DNA of 64,000 bases from Myxococcota bacterium (GCA_963674735.2 CAXXQS010000001.1:416001-480000); one strand, 5' to 3'. Counted from the stretch's first letter, positions 18,794-28,932 are shown. Program-made: numbers and translations. Notes: generated from the letters alone by a model not told the origin.

Positions 18794-20740
18794 GTGAGGG
18801 GGTTTGTTATGTGGATCGCCATTCTGATTTTGGTGCTTATTCTGGCTGCAGGGGGAGTCGGAGGTGCCTTCTTTTTTCATCCGGCACGACGGAACTTACG
18901 ACAATTGAAATCGGATAATGCCGATGTCCGTATGCACGCATTACAGGAACTGGAGGAGGCCTCCAAAGGCGGTTTGATAGTGTTGCCGCTCATTGTGCAG
19001 ATTGCTACCGAAGATCACGACTCGAGTCTGCGTGAACAGGCGGGGCAGGTTTTGGCTGCTCGGGACAAGCTGGCTCAGCGGGCGATGCCGTTGTTGGCTC
19101 AGGCACTGGGTTCGAAAGATTCTCAAGTACGGCAACGGACAATGTTGGTTCTTGGAAAACTCGGAAAAAAGGCGGCTCTGGCTGTTCCATTCCTGGTGAC
19201 CGCGCTTAGGGATAGCGACATCAACATCCGCCGCCAGTCGGTGCGACTTCTCGGACGGCTTGGGAAGGAGGGCGCGGTGGCGGCTCCGATACTGTTGGAG
19301 ATTGCCGTGACCGATCCGGATAATGTTTTGCGCCAGTGGGCTATGGAAGCGTTGGGAGAAATGGGCGAGGCATCCGCCGCTGTTGCCCCGGCTTTGGCGG
19401 AAGTGGTGTTGACGGATGAGTCGGCGCGTGGTCGGGACGGCGCGATGAAGACCCTGGAGCGACTTAACGAAAACGGAGGCAAAGCGGTTCCCGTATTCAC
19501 GAAAGCGCTGAAAGACCCCCAAGAAGAAACACGGGTGAGGGCGGCGAGTGCCCTTTGGCGTATGACGAATCATGCTCCGGTGGCGTCATCGGAGATCGTT
19601 CAAGCGGCTCTGAAAGATCCAAGCGAGAAAGTGTTGGAACAGATTGCCCAGATGCTTTCCGGGAACCCGGATGTCGGGGCTCTGGCTGTTCCGCTTTTTG
19701 CCAAAGCATTGGAAAGCGGCGATGAAAATGTCCGCTTCCGGGCAGCGAAAAATTTGGGCATCATGGGTGAAACGGCTCAGCCGGCTGCCGTGAATCTCGC
19801 CAAAGCCATCGTTCGGGATTCCGTTGTCAAAGTGGTGGATTGTGCCAGTGATGCTTTGAAAAAGCTGGGTGGCGGCGGCGAAGATGTTAATGCCATTTTG
19901 CGGGAAGCGTTTGATAACCCGGATTCCAAAATCCGGGCGCGGGCGGCTCGAGCTTTGGGGGGGACCGCGAATGTGAGTGGCGATGTGGCTCAGAAACTGG
20001 CTCGCACGATCATAATGGAAAAGGCTCCCGAGGTTCGCCTTGCATCGATAAAAGGGCTTGTGTGCGACGAGGAAAATTTGGCGTCCGGGAGCGCTGTTTT
20101 CGCTGCGGCGCTCGATAGCCGCAATCCGAAAGTGAGAGAAGGGGCGTTGGCTGCAATTGTTGAATTGAAAAGCTATGCCCCGGTTATGATGCCCGAGCTT
20201 CTAAAGGTGGCGAGCGAGCGCAACGGCACTATTTTGCCACTGATTGTAACGGCGCTTAAAAATATGGGGGATGACCGATCATTGGCGGTTTGTGAGATCA
20301 TGCGGGTCAACGTCAATCACGAGGATCCCAAGGTACGTGATCAGGCTGAACAGGTTTTGCGGGAAGTCCTGGGGGAAAGCTACGAACAGGCGATTTCGAT
20401 TCCCAAGCGCTATTGCGACTGGGAATTGACGCTGGCATCGACTTGTCCCGACGAGTGCAAGCGATTGCTCGACGCCTTCAGTGTTGGAGCCAGTATTATG
20501 TTCAATCCCAAAGTGATGGGACGCCCCAATAGTCGCAAGAGCCTCGAAAAAGCGCTGGTTCATATTAAAAATGCAATCGGTCTTATGCAAACCGGCGAAA
20601 TCGGGACGAAAAAAGTGAAAGAGGCTGTTGCAGGTATGATTATGCACCTCAATAAGGACTTTGCATGGTCGTATGTGGAAAAAGCCGAGGAAGAGCGAAC
20701 CCGGCAGTTCAAGAAAATGCTGGTTGAATTTACCCTGTAG
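18794..20740 (+). CDS. Membrane-anchored HEAT-repeat protein
   Basis: N-terminal hydrophobic helix followed by more than 10 HEAT repeats (AVPFLVTALRDSDINIRRQSVRLLG etc.). Confidence 0.85.
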   Translation: MRGFVMWIAILILVLILAAGGVGGAFFFHPARRNLRQLKSDNADVRMHALQELEEASKGGLIVLPLIVQIATEDHDSSLREQAGQVLAARDKLAQRAMPLLAQALGSKDSQVRQRTMLVLGKLGKKAALAVPFLVTALRDSDINIRRQSVRLLGRLGKEGAVAAPILLEIAVTDPDNVLRQWAMEALGEMGEASAAVAPALAEVVLTDESARGRDGAMKTLERLNENGGKAVPVFTKALKDPQEETRVRAASALWRMTNHAPVASSEIVQAALKDPSEKVLEQIAQMLSGNPDVGALAVPLFAKALESGDENVRFRAAKNLGIMGETAQPAAVNLAKAIVRDSVVKVVDCASDALKKLGGGGEDVNAILREAFDNPDSKIRARAARALGGTANVSGDVAQKLARTIIMEKAPEVRLASIKGLVCDEENLASGSAVFAAALDSRNPKVREGALAAIVELKSYAPVMMPELLKVASERNGTILPLIVTALKNMGDDRSLAVCEIMRVNVNHEDPKVRDQAEQVLREVLGESYEQAISIPKRYCDWELTLASTCPDECKRLLDAFSVGASIMFNPKVMGRPNSRKSLEKALVHIKNAIGLMQTGEIGTKKVKEAVAGMIMHLNKDFAWSYVEKAEEERTRQFKKMLVEFTL

Positions 20741-20754
20741 TCCTGGCGGGTTGT

Positions 20755-22884
20755 TTACTTGACATGAAGATTGACGGTGTGGGAAACGGTGGAATCCCGC
20801 ATTTGGACCTTCAATTGATGACGCCCTGCCGCCAGACGTTGTCCTGAGCTGGGAGTGGTGAACGGTTTTTGATTGTCGAGCGTCAATGTTGCCCAGGGCT
20901 GGGCGTCGAGATTCAGTTTCGCTTCCGGGACAAAATGCCCCCGTCGATTTTCGATCTGGCGTACCTTCAGACGCAAAACGAGCTTTCCCGTATCGCCGGG
21001 AAACGTGATGACGATCAGGTGCTGTGTTTTCTGCGCATCTTGCAGGGTGTGAGGTATTGGAACGGCATTTCCATCCAGTTTTACCCGCGCGCCATCCGGT
21101 GCATCTAAAACGACAGTCGCGTGAAACGGTGATAGCTTGAGGTGTAAGGGACCGGCCAGGCTTGAGGGCGTGACGGTTTTCGCCACTGTTTGGAATCCTT
21201 TTTTTCCGGCGATAATGCGGATCGGACGATTGGGTAAAAGGTTCTGGACGTCAAACGGTGAAGAGCCGTCGATTCGTTCGTCATCGACACGCAGAACCGA
21301 GTCCGGCGGGTCTGTCATAATCGTGAGTTGACGGTACAGAGATTGTAGGTTGTAGCTTAGACTTTTTTCTCCCGCTTCGGCCTGATCGAGGATGAAATCC
21401 GTTTGCAATGCCACGTAACCTTCTTTTTCGATCCGCAAATGGTGGACGTCCCCGAGGGTCAATTTTCCAACCGATACCGGTGTGTTTGCCGCGAGTTTAC
21501 GATTGTTGAGCCAGACGGCGGCATCCGGCGGGGTTGTGATCAAGCGGCAAGCCTGACGCTGCCGTTCCAATTCGGCCCGGACATGCACCGGCTCGGACGA
21601 TTCGAGGGTGATCGTTTGTTCCCAATCCACGTGATATTTTTGGATGAGACGCAGATTATGGGACTGTTGCTGGTCGAGGTCTGATAAAGTCGTAGGGGTC
21701 CGCTTCCCCGTGTTCCGACCGTTGTGAAAGACGCTTGCACCGGGGGGCTGGGATTCGATGACAATGCTTCCCGACGGCGTATTGAAAAATCGAAAATAGC
21801 CGACAACCGAAGCGATGGCCAGGAGGATCAGCAAGCTTGTCCAAAGAGCGAAATGGGGCGAGGCTTTTTTCGTCGGTGTTATGGCGGACGGCCTGGATTC
21901 ATCTGTGGCGTCGTCGGTTGGGGTGATGATGGGTTGAGTTGATAAAATCGTGCGCTCGTTCGTCGGCGTCGGAGTGTCGTGCCGATCGGGAAACAACCGT
22001 TTCAGCATCTCCGGGATGGCTTCAATCGAAGCGGGGTTCAGGGCTTCGCGTTCGTTCTGCAAACGCCGTCGCCATTCTTCAGTGGTGGGTGGCCGATCGG
22101 CTTTTTCAAGCGCGCAAGCGTCCATAACGGTATCCGCGAGTGAGCTTGAAACACCGGGAGCTTCGGGAGGTTCGAGTGTTCCGGACACGATCTGTCGCAT
22201 CAACGCTTCCGGGGGAATCGCTGAAGGATAGGATTGCCGATTGGTCAGCATTTCGTGGAGAACCAACCCGAGCGAGTAGAGATCGGAGCGGCGGTCGAGC
22301 GGCTCGCCACGTATTTGTTCGGGTGGCATGTAGCTGTATTTACCGGCCAGATGATCTTGTCCGGCCTGTTTGCGGACGGCGGCCAACCCGAAATCGGTGA
22401 GTTTGACTTCGCCCTCAAACGACAACAACAGATTGGATGGGCTGATGTCACGGTGGATCAAACCGAGTTCACGCCCCTGTTCATCTTTGATCCGGTGGGC
22501 GTAATCCAGACCGCGGCAGGCCTGAATGGCGATATCGAGCGCGACGGCAACCGGAAGACGCTCGCCGCCTTCGCGCAGTTGGGCAAGCAGGCTGCGCAAA
22601 TCGACACCTTCGACGTATTCCATGGCCAAAAACAGGGTGTCGGCCTGACGTCCGAAATCGTAAACATGCACGATGTTGGTATGGTTGAGTCGTGCACTCA
22701 GGCGGGCTTCGGAGCAAAAACGCGCCTCGAACGCGGCGTCATGGCTCAGATTTGGTAACATGCGCTTGATAGCGACGATTTTTTCGAAACCGCCTTCACG
22801 TACAAGTTTGGCTTTGAATACCTCGCCCATCCCGCCGCTGGCGATGCGTTCGATGAGCCGATATTGTCCGATACTTTCGGGCAT
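20755..22884 (-). CDS. Transmembrane Hanks-type Ser/Thr protein kinase with extracytoplasmic PEGA domains
   Basis: GGMGEVF, VAIK, HRDISPSN, DFG, GKYSYMPPEQ; one TM; repeats IESQPPGASV, ITTPPDAAVWL, MTDPPDSVL. Confidence 0.93.
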   Translation of the reverse strand: MPESIGQYRLIERIASGGMGEVFKAKLVREGGFEKIVAIKRMLPNLSHDAAFEARFCSEARLSARLNHTNIVHVYDFGRQADTLFLAMEYVEGVDLRSLLAQLREGGERLPVAVALDIAIQACRGLDYAHRIKDEQGRELGLIHRDISPSNLLLSFEGEVKLTDFGLAAVRKQAGQDHLAGKYSYMPPEQIRGEPLDRRSDLYSLGLVLHEMLTNRQSYPSAIPPEALMRQIVSGTLEPPEAPGVSSSLADTVMDACALEKADRPPTTEEWRRRLQNEREALNPASIEAIPEMLKRLFPDRHDTPTPTNERTILSTQPIITPTDDATDESRPSAITPTKKASPHFALWTSLLILLAIASVVGYFRFFNTPSGSIVIESQPPGASVFHNGRNTGKRTPTTLSDLDQQQSHNLRLIQKYHVDWEQTITLESSEPVHVRAELERQRQACRLITTPPDAAVWLNNRKLAANTPVSVGKLTLGDVHHLRIEKEGYVALQTDFILDQAEAGEKSLSYNLQSLYRQLTIMTDPPDSVLRVDDERIDGSSPFDVQNLLPNRPIRIIAGKKGFQTVAKTVTPSSLAGPLHLKLSPFHATVVLDAPDGARVKLDGNAVPIPHTLQDAQKTQHLIVITFPGDTGKLVLRLKVRQIENRRGHFVPEAKLNLDAQPWATLTLDNQKPFTTPSSGQRLAAGRHQLKVQMRDSTVSHTVNLHVK

Positions 22885-22911
22885 GCGTTTATCCAGGCAG
22901 GTTACGGATTG

Positions 22912-25878
22912 TTAACCGTGCAAGCGGCGACGCGACAATCCCAGCAGCAGGATCGTCAAAGCGAGGAGCATCGGGGTTGCGGGATCGGTATGGCGACACC
23001 CGTTCCCCTCGTCATCGGGTTTCGCTACCGTATCGGCTTCGGCTGTATCTTCGTCACCGTCAACGTCTGTATCACCATCTTCGGGACTATCCCCGTCTGT
23101 CGGTTCATCACCGTCGCTTGGTTCATCGCCATCCGTTGTATCATCCATATCCGTGTCGCCATCGGGTGCAATTGTGGGGATATACCAGCTATGAATGACC
23201 CCGCTGAAGACCGCTTCTTTCCCGGCGGACTCCGGCACCAGCATTAGGGTCCAGGGTGTATCCAGGTCGAGATCGGTGCTTCCTCCCGGGAGTCGGAAAT
23301 CGAAAGCGAAATGTCCGTCTTTTTGCGAGGAGTCGTCCAACAGCCAGGCGGCATCCGGCAAGTTTGCGGGGTGATAGGTGGTTGCGCCCGTGATGGCGTT
23401 TCGACCGATAATCGCCGCCCAATCCGCCTGTGCTTCGAATTCGAGGTGGATGTATCCCGCTTGCTCGTCGCCGCGGGGAAGGTCGCCCGCCGAAAACCAG
23501 TCTTCGAACGATCCCGCAACTTTCCATTCCAGGCTGAACACCTTATCGGCTACAGCGTCCTCGGCGCTGATGATCTGGGTGACTTTTCCCGCTTCTTCGG
23601 GCAGATTACCCAATGGCGTTTCCACGCGTAAGTAGTAGTTGGCGTGATCGCCCAGTTTGACGCTGAACTCTCCGGCGTCGTCGGTGACGCCCCAGAAACC
23701 GGTGGTCAGATCGGTGGAGGACCAGGCCTCGGTGGCGATGCTGACCGCCGCGCCGTCGACGGGGCGATCGTTTTGATCGAGCACCCGCAGGTTCAGTGTG
23801 ATGCTGTCGGAATAGTCGTCGATTACCGAGCGGATCGAACCATCACCCTCGGTGGTGAGGATGCACGAGCAGTCTTTACCGCCGCCCTGCTGTTTGTCGT
23901 AGGACACGCCGGGGTTGGCAATGCGGGTGGCTTCATCGCTCCAGTCCACCTGGAAGGGGAACCAGCGATCATCGAGGTGCATCATGTCCCACACGTGGTC
24001 TTCGGTGCTGTTGTGCACCAGCAGGGTCGGAATCAGCATCGTGCGTGCGGCCGCCCCGATGATGTCCTGCAATTCTCCGCAGTTGCCGAAGTGGTTGTAG
24101 GCGATGCGTACCGGTTGATTGGCGCGTTCGGGCTGGCCGTTCATGGAACCATATTCCATGATGTTGTAGGCCATGACATCACCTACCCAGAAACCGAGAC
24201 GGTCGAGGACCAACATCGCGGGGTCGAAGACACGCCGTCCGTTTAGGCCGGAGTAGCTTTCGCCGTCCCAAATGGCGGTGGCACCTTGCATGACGTCGGC
24301 CAGGCGCGGGTACCCGCCTTCAAGCAGGGCAGGTAGCTCGCCGTTGCGGGCCGAATCGGTTGTGCGTGTGAAACCGCCCGGCATGACGATGCCATCCCAG
24401 ACATCGGCACTATTGCTTACCGCCCCGAAAAGCATGAAGACGCCGCCGTCGTCGACGAACGTTTCGAACAGGCTGCGGTTATCGCCGACGGCCTGATAGA
24501 GCGCTTTGGGTTGGTCGGAGGCCACGATTACCTTGTGTACGCCGGAAAGATCGAGGGTGGCAAGGGAGTCCGAACCGACGATGTCGAGGTAAACGCCGTA
24601 GTCGGTAAGGGCGCTGGCGAGCAGCGCGTTGTCGAAGGGGTTGCGATCCTGGATCAGGACGACTTTATGCGAAGTGCCCAGCGTCCGATCACCGTTGAGA
24701 TAGGCCACCAGGTTGTCCAGAAGACTGGTCTCGCCCAGTTCCGCCCAGGCTTCGACCGGAATCAGCGTGGCCAGGACGGTGCCATCGGGTTTATCGAGGA
24801 AGTTGCTGCAGCATTGACTGTTGCCGTAAACGAACTCGATCATTACCGGTGCGCCGTCGCTGTCTCGCACAATAAGATTCTGCGGGCCGGTTTCGAACCC
24901 GGTGAATACCGTATCGCGGAATAACAGGCCGTCGGGGAAGGAATCGCCATGCAGGTCGTGGGGGTTCGTCAGCGCCGGATGCACCCAGTAGGGCTGTGGG
25001 GTGGCCTCTTCTCCCGACATGTAGCTGCGCCAGAAAACGCCGTAGGGCGGCAGCATGGGATTGCCGTTGGTCGGGTTGACCGTCGCCGGACGCTCCCAAT
25101 CCATTTTCATATTGACCACCGCCCGGTAGTAGAGGTCGGCGGGCAGATCCCAGCTGCGAGTGTCCTCGCCGTCGGCCAGGGTGTAGCGCAGGGTGGTGAG
25201 CGGCGGGTCGTCCAACTCCAGCACCTCGACATAGTCCAGGCGATCTGCCCAGGCGTAAATGAGGCTGGCGTTTTCGACGAGAAGATCGGCTCCGAAGCGG
25301 CTGTAGCCGAGATCGGAAGTAGGCGCGTGGGACAAAACCCAGGCGATTTCATCGGCGTAGAGCGTTTCGCTGTTGGTATTCAAGACCGTTGCCAATTCCT
25401 CGGAACGGGCGTGAGTCAAGGCCGCCATACGTGTTCGGAAACCGGCTTCCCAATCGGGCCAGCGCGACCCGATCAATGTGGCTGCGTCCTTGACTGCCTG
25501 CGGGCGGGCGGTTTCGTCGGCGGCAGTCGAATCGGTGTGTAGGGACAACGCGCCGGTTGTGTAGTCGATGTCGAAGCGCAGAGGTTGGTCGGGATGAGCG
25601 CGCGCCGTGAAGCTGAAGCTATGGTCGGGATCGCTCTCCCAGCTTTTTATTTCGCTGTGATATCGGAGGGTTGATTGCACGGGTCTTTCGGGAAGCGAGC
25701 CGCGTGTCACCGCTACGGATGGTTGAGAGGCACTGAGAGTCCAGTGTTGCGGGTGATCCTGTGTCACACCCGCAGGGGTTGCGGCGGAGGTGTCGGAGGG
25801 TCTGGTGGCCTGAACGACCGTAAGACCCGAGAATGTAAGCGCAAAACAAAGAACGGCTACGGTGACCAATCGCTTCAT
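22912..25878 (-). CDS. Large exported protein with transglutaminase-like core, DGD stalk and C-terminal Cys/TM/Arg (MYXO-CTERM-like) sorting signal
   Basis: Signal peptide; GNCGELQD...DHVWD...WFPFQVD; carboxypeptidase-regulatory-like beta-sandwich (VLDQNDRPVDGAAV...GVTDDAGEF); tail GNGCRHTDPATPMLLALTILLLGLSRRR. Confidence 0.7.
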   Translation of the reverse strand: MKRLVTVAVLCFALTFSGLTVVQATRPSDTSAATPAGVTQDHPQHWTLSASQPSVAVTRGSLPERPVQSTLRYHSEIKSWESDPDHSFSFTARAHPDQPLRFDIDYTTGALSLHTDSTAADETARPQAVKDAATLIGSRWPDWEAGFRTRMAALTHARSEELATVLNTNSETLYADEIAWVLSHAPTSDLGYSRFGADLLVENASLIYAWADRLDYVEVLELDDPPLTTLRYTLADGEDTRSWDLPADLYYRAVVNMKMDWERPATVNPTNGNPMLPPYGVFWRSYMSGEEATPQPYWVHPALTNPHDLHGDSFPDGLLFRDTVFTGFETGPQNLIVRDSDGAPVMIEFVYGNSQCCSNFLDKPDGTVLATLIPVEAWAELGETSLLDNLVAYLNGDRTLGTSHKVVLIQDRNPFDNALLASALTDYGVYLDIVGSDSLATLDLSGVHKVIVASDQPKALYQAVGDNRSLFETFVDDGGVFMLFGAVSNSADVWDGIVMPGGFTRTTDSARNGELPALLEGGYPRLADVMQGATAIWDGESYSGLNGRRVFDPAMLVLDRLGFWVGDVMAYNIMEYGSMNGQPERANQPVRIAYNHFGNCGELQDIIGAAARTMLIPTLLVHNSTEDHVWDMMHLDDRWFPFQVDWSDEATRIANPGVSYDKQQGGGKDCSCILTTEGDGSIRSVIDDYSDSITLNLRVLDQNDRPVDGAAVSIATEAWSSTDLTTGFWGVTDDAGEFSVKLGDHANYYLRVETPLGNLPEEAGKVTQIISAEDAVADKVFSLEWKVAGSFEDWFSAGDLPRGDEQAGYIHLEFEAQADWAAIIGRNAITGATTYHPANLPDAAWLLDDSSQKDGHFAFDFRLPGGSTDLDLDTPWTLMLVPESAGKEAVFSGVIHSWYIPTIAPDGDTDMDDTTDGDEPSDGDEPTDGDSPEDGDTDVDGDEDTAEADTVAKPDDEGNGCRHTDPATPMLLALTILLLGLSRRRLHG

Positions 25879-25982
25879 GGCTCAATTCCTTCATTCGACT
25901 TTTTTCGTATAGAAACGCCTGGACAAAGCCTACCACAGGAACGCCCAGACGGTCAAAACCCCCCGAAAATATATGTGAATCC

Positions 25983-27506
25983 TCAGGGACAGGCGATGGG
26001 GTTGGTTCCGCTCGGATCGCTGCCCTGGCCACCGCAGAAATAGCCGTAGGTGCTGTCCACCCAGCCGCAATTCTGGCCGTAGTCCGCGCAATCTTCCTGA
26101 CGCAACGTTCCCGTATCGGGATCGCACCACAGGGCTTCTTCGCCGTTGCAGCAGCCCATGTAGGAAATGCCGCGACAGGCATCGTTGGGGTCGGTGTCGT
26201 CGTTATCGCCATCGATGTCGCCATCGGTGGGTTCGTCGATGCAGTAATAACCGAGGGCTTCGCCGGACCATCCGCAGGTTTGGTCGCAGGGCGCGCAGTT
26301 TTTGAAGCGAATTTCGCCGTTTTCGCACCAGCGCGCTACCTCGCCTTCGTCGCAGCGACCCTCGAAGGTGAGGCCCTCGCATGGATCGGCAACGCAGCGG
26401 AAGAGCTCCGCCTCGGTTTCACCGCAAATCTGGTTGTTTTCCCGGCAGTTGACGCTCTTGAGCTTGTCGTTTTCGCACCACTGAGCGGTGTCGCCCGCAC
26501 ATTGACCGGTTTCATCAAGCGTGCCGCAGTCGCTGGTGGCTTCGATGAAGGATTCGATCCAGGCCTTATCCGCTTCCGCCGAGGCGAAATGGTCGATGCC
26601 GACGCAACTTTCGTCGCCCCAGCTTACCGTGCCGATGACGCGCAACTGGCCGTCGAAACTGTAGAAAGCCGGTCCGCCCGAATCGCCGAAGCAGACGCCG
26701 CCGTCGCCGTTGCCGTTGACCGAAAACTCGGCGTCGTAAATATTGTGGATGTCCTCGGCGACCCAATAGCGGCGGGTGTTGTTGCTGTTGTTGTGGGTGG
26801 CGCCGAAACCGCCGTTTTGCACCTGCTCGCCGACCAGATCGCGGGTGAGCGGGGTGGTGTTGTGGGGAACCGGAACGATACCGGAGACGTTGTCGAGTGC
26901 CGAGTCTTTCAAAACCAGGATGCCGGTGTCGTGGGAGGCCGGATAAGCGCTGTACGGTTCGTAGGCGGGATTCGATTTCACCTGGACCACGTCGAGCAGG
27001 GCGGTGGGATTGGCGGAATCGGGTCCGACGGCGAACTTCACCTGGCTGGCGTTGCCGATATCGACCGTGCAATGGGCGGCGGTAAGCACGACTTTCGGGG
27101 CGATGAGCGTGCCCGAGCAGAAGTTGGAGTAGCCGCCCCAGTAGTTTTCGCTGACCAACGCGCCCAGAGCCAGTTGCTGACCGGCGGACATGTTGAAAAG
27201 TTCCGGGGTGTCGGTGCCGTAATAGATCTTGTTGCGGGTGACGGACTTCACATAATCGCCCACACCGCAGAGATTGGGAGTCGCATCGCCGTCGGCGGGG
27301 GTGTCGTCGCCGTCGGGCAGAGGAAACCAGCTATCCCAGTCGCCGCCGCTTTCGTTGTCGCTATCGCCATCGCCGTCGGACGCGTCGCCGTCTTTGTCGT
27401 CCTTATCGTCATCGTCTTGCGAGAGACTGCTTGCACTGCAGGCCGAAAGGACCATGGCCAGCAAGACGAGCAGGGCTAAATAATCGCGTTTACTACCATA
27501 TCGCAT
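25983..27506 (-). CDS. Trypsin-like (S1) serine protease lipoprotein with DGD stalk and Cys-rich C-terminal repeats
   Basis: Lipobox LSAC; CSGTLIAPKVVLTAAHC, HDTGIL, CFGDSGGP; three G-x-C-x-G-x2-A-x-WC repeats. Confidence 0.92.
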   Translation of the reverse strand: MRYGSKRDYLALLVLLAMVLSACSASSLSQDDDDKDDKDGDASDGDGDSDNESGGDWDSWFPLPDGDDTPADGDATPNLCGVGDYVKSVTRNKIYYGTDTPELFNMSAGQQLALGALVSENYWGGYSNFCSGTLIAPKVVLTAAHCTVDIGNASQVKFAVGPDSANPTALLDVVQVKSNPAYEPYSAYPASHDTGILVLKDSALDNVSGIVPVPHNTTPLTRDLVGEQVQNGGFGATHNNSNNTRRYWVAEDIHNIYDAEFSVNGNGDGGVCFGDSGGPAFYSFDGQLRVIGTVSWGDESCVGIDHFASAEADKAWIESFIEATSDCGTLDETGQCAGDTAQWCENDKLKSVNCRENNQICGETEAELFRCVADPCEGLTFEGRCDEGEVARWCENGEIRFKNCAPCDQTCGWSGEALGYYCIDEPTDGDIDGDNDDTDPNDACRGISYMGCCNGEEALWCDPDTGTLRQEDCADYGQNCGWVDSTYGYFCGGQGSDPSGTNPIACP

Positions 27507-27664
27507 CGGATTTCTCACCTTTCGACAGATCCACACTCAATCCAATATTAAACATCGGAATTGGAAGAAAGACAAGGATGGAAACAAAAAGCTTCCCGAT
27601 TTCGGTGGCGTCGGTATGCGAGGTTAATCAATCGCATACGGTGAAGGCTTGTTCCGTTGCGTCC

Positions 27665-28498
27665 CTACTCCCCATCTCGCGCACAGCGGAAACCGAGACT
27701 AATAGCGACATCAAGCATTAGAGCTGGCCCTCGGTCATATAGGCTATTAGAAGATGATGCCGATGCTTGGTACGATTGATTCCTCGTAACGACCTCACTT
27801 TGGGGATACATTACACAATCCATTACCCAGGCACTGCCGTCGTCCGGGGCTCCTTCAAAAGATGGATGCCAGCAATCCTCTACCCATTCTGTCACGTTGC
27901 CATGCATATCATAAAGACCGAAGGCATTGGGTTGTTTTTCTCCTACCGGATGGGCATGGTTATCACTGTTTTGTTCCACCCAAGCGATGTCGAGCAGACA
28001 GCAATCCTCAATTTCCACATCTATACCACAGACCTCTTCGCCACAGTAATAGAGACCTTCCGTTCCGGCACGAGCGGCGTATTCCCATTCGGCTTCGCTG
28101 GGTAGCCGTCCTCCCACGGCTTCGCAGAAAGCACGGGTGTCGTGCCAGGACACCCTTGCCACCGGGCAATCGGCACATTCGTGCATCGTGTCCGCCAGCG
28201 GATTGCTTCCTATGACCTGTTCGTACTGCGTCTGCGTGACCTCGGTGGCCATCATCTCGAAGGCCGGGACGTTCACCTCATGAGAAGGGCTACTTGGGGA
28301 TGGGCAGTTCCAGTAATTATAATCATCTGAGTTGTCATACTTACAGCCCATGGTGAAACTGCCGGCTGGGATGGAAGCCCAACCCAAATCTGGATCGGAT
28401 TCCGAATCGGATTCCGAATCGCAGGCGGTAAGGGCCAGCAGCAGCAGGGGCAATAGCGCAAAAGCGCGCAACGGACGCATTCGGCGTATCAAGCGCAT
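27665..28498 (-). CDS. FGE-sulfatase (SUMF1/C-type-lectin fold) domain lipoprotein
   Basis: Lipobox LTAC; IPAGSFTMG, TEVTQ, RLPSEAEWEYAAR, PNAFGLYDMHGNVTEW and GFRCAR motifs. Confidence 0.92.
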   Translation of the reverse strand: MRLIRRMRPLRAFALLPLLLLALTACDSESDSESDPDLGWASIPAGSFTMGCKYDNSDDYNYWNCPSPSSPSHEVNVPAFEMMATEVTQTQYEQVIGSNPLADTMHECADCPVARVSWHDTRAFCEAVGGRLPSEAEWEYAARAGTEGLYYCGEEVCGIDVEIEDCCLLDIAWVEQNSDNHAHPVGEKQPNAFGLYDMHGNVTEWVEDCWHPSFEGAPDDGSAWVMDCVMYPQSEVVTRNQSYQASASSSNSLYDRGPALMLDVAISLGFRCARDGE

Positions 28499-28671
28499 AA
28501 CAACCCCTTCCCAAGCTGAGAGATGATCGATTCGGTGACGAGTGAGATGATTCTAGCATGCAGGCTTGAACGAGTCAAGCTCTATGTGGCTCAGGTGTGT
28601 GACATGGCATGACGGGCGGCGGGTGGCGGCTCGAAGCCTCACCTACTCGCGGTTGGGTGGCCTGGGTAACG

Positions 28672-28759
28672 GGTGCCATGGGCCAAGCGGAATGAAGTAG
28701 AGCTTGCCCGTGTTCGAAGATCCTGCACATGGGCAAGCTAACGCTTAGCCCATGGCACC
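28672..28759. repeat. Long imperfect palindrome (REP-like extragenic element)
   Basis: Outer arms GGTGCCATGGGCCAAGCG / CGCTTAGCCCATGGCACC (1 mismatch); inner arms AGCTTGCCCGTGT / ACATGGGCAAGCT. Confidence 0.75.
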
Positions 28760-28811
28760 GATCCAGTTTCAACGTTCAGGGCTTGTCACGGCCACCTATC
28801 CGCTGCGCGGG

Positions 28812-28882
28812 CCTCTCCCGCAGGAGAGGGCAATCCGTCTCTCCACTGGGAGAGGTCGCCGACCCTGGGTCGGCGGGTGAGG
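28812..28882. repeat. Cluster of three short hairpins of the CCTCTCC...GGAGAGG...GGTGAGG type (REP-like)
   Basis: CCTCTCC-cgca-GGAGAGG, TCTCTCC-actg-GGAGAGG and CGCCGACCC-t-GGGTCGGCG, followed by GGTGAGG. Confidence 0.65.
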
Positions 28883-28932
28883 TTGTCTCTGTCGGAGACG
28901 CGATGAGTGGCTACGCTATGGAAACCGGCGTC

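Noticed and set aside
27665-28930. Diversity-generating retroelement around the FGE-domain gene
   Set aside because: No reverse transcriptase, avd gene or template repeat was seen in the window.
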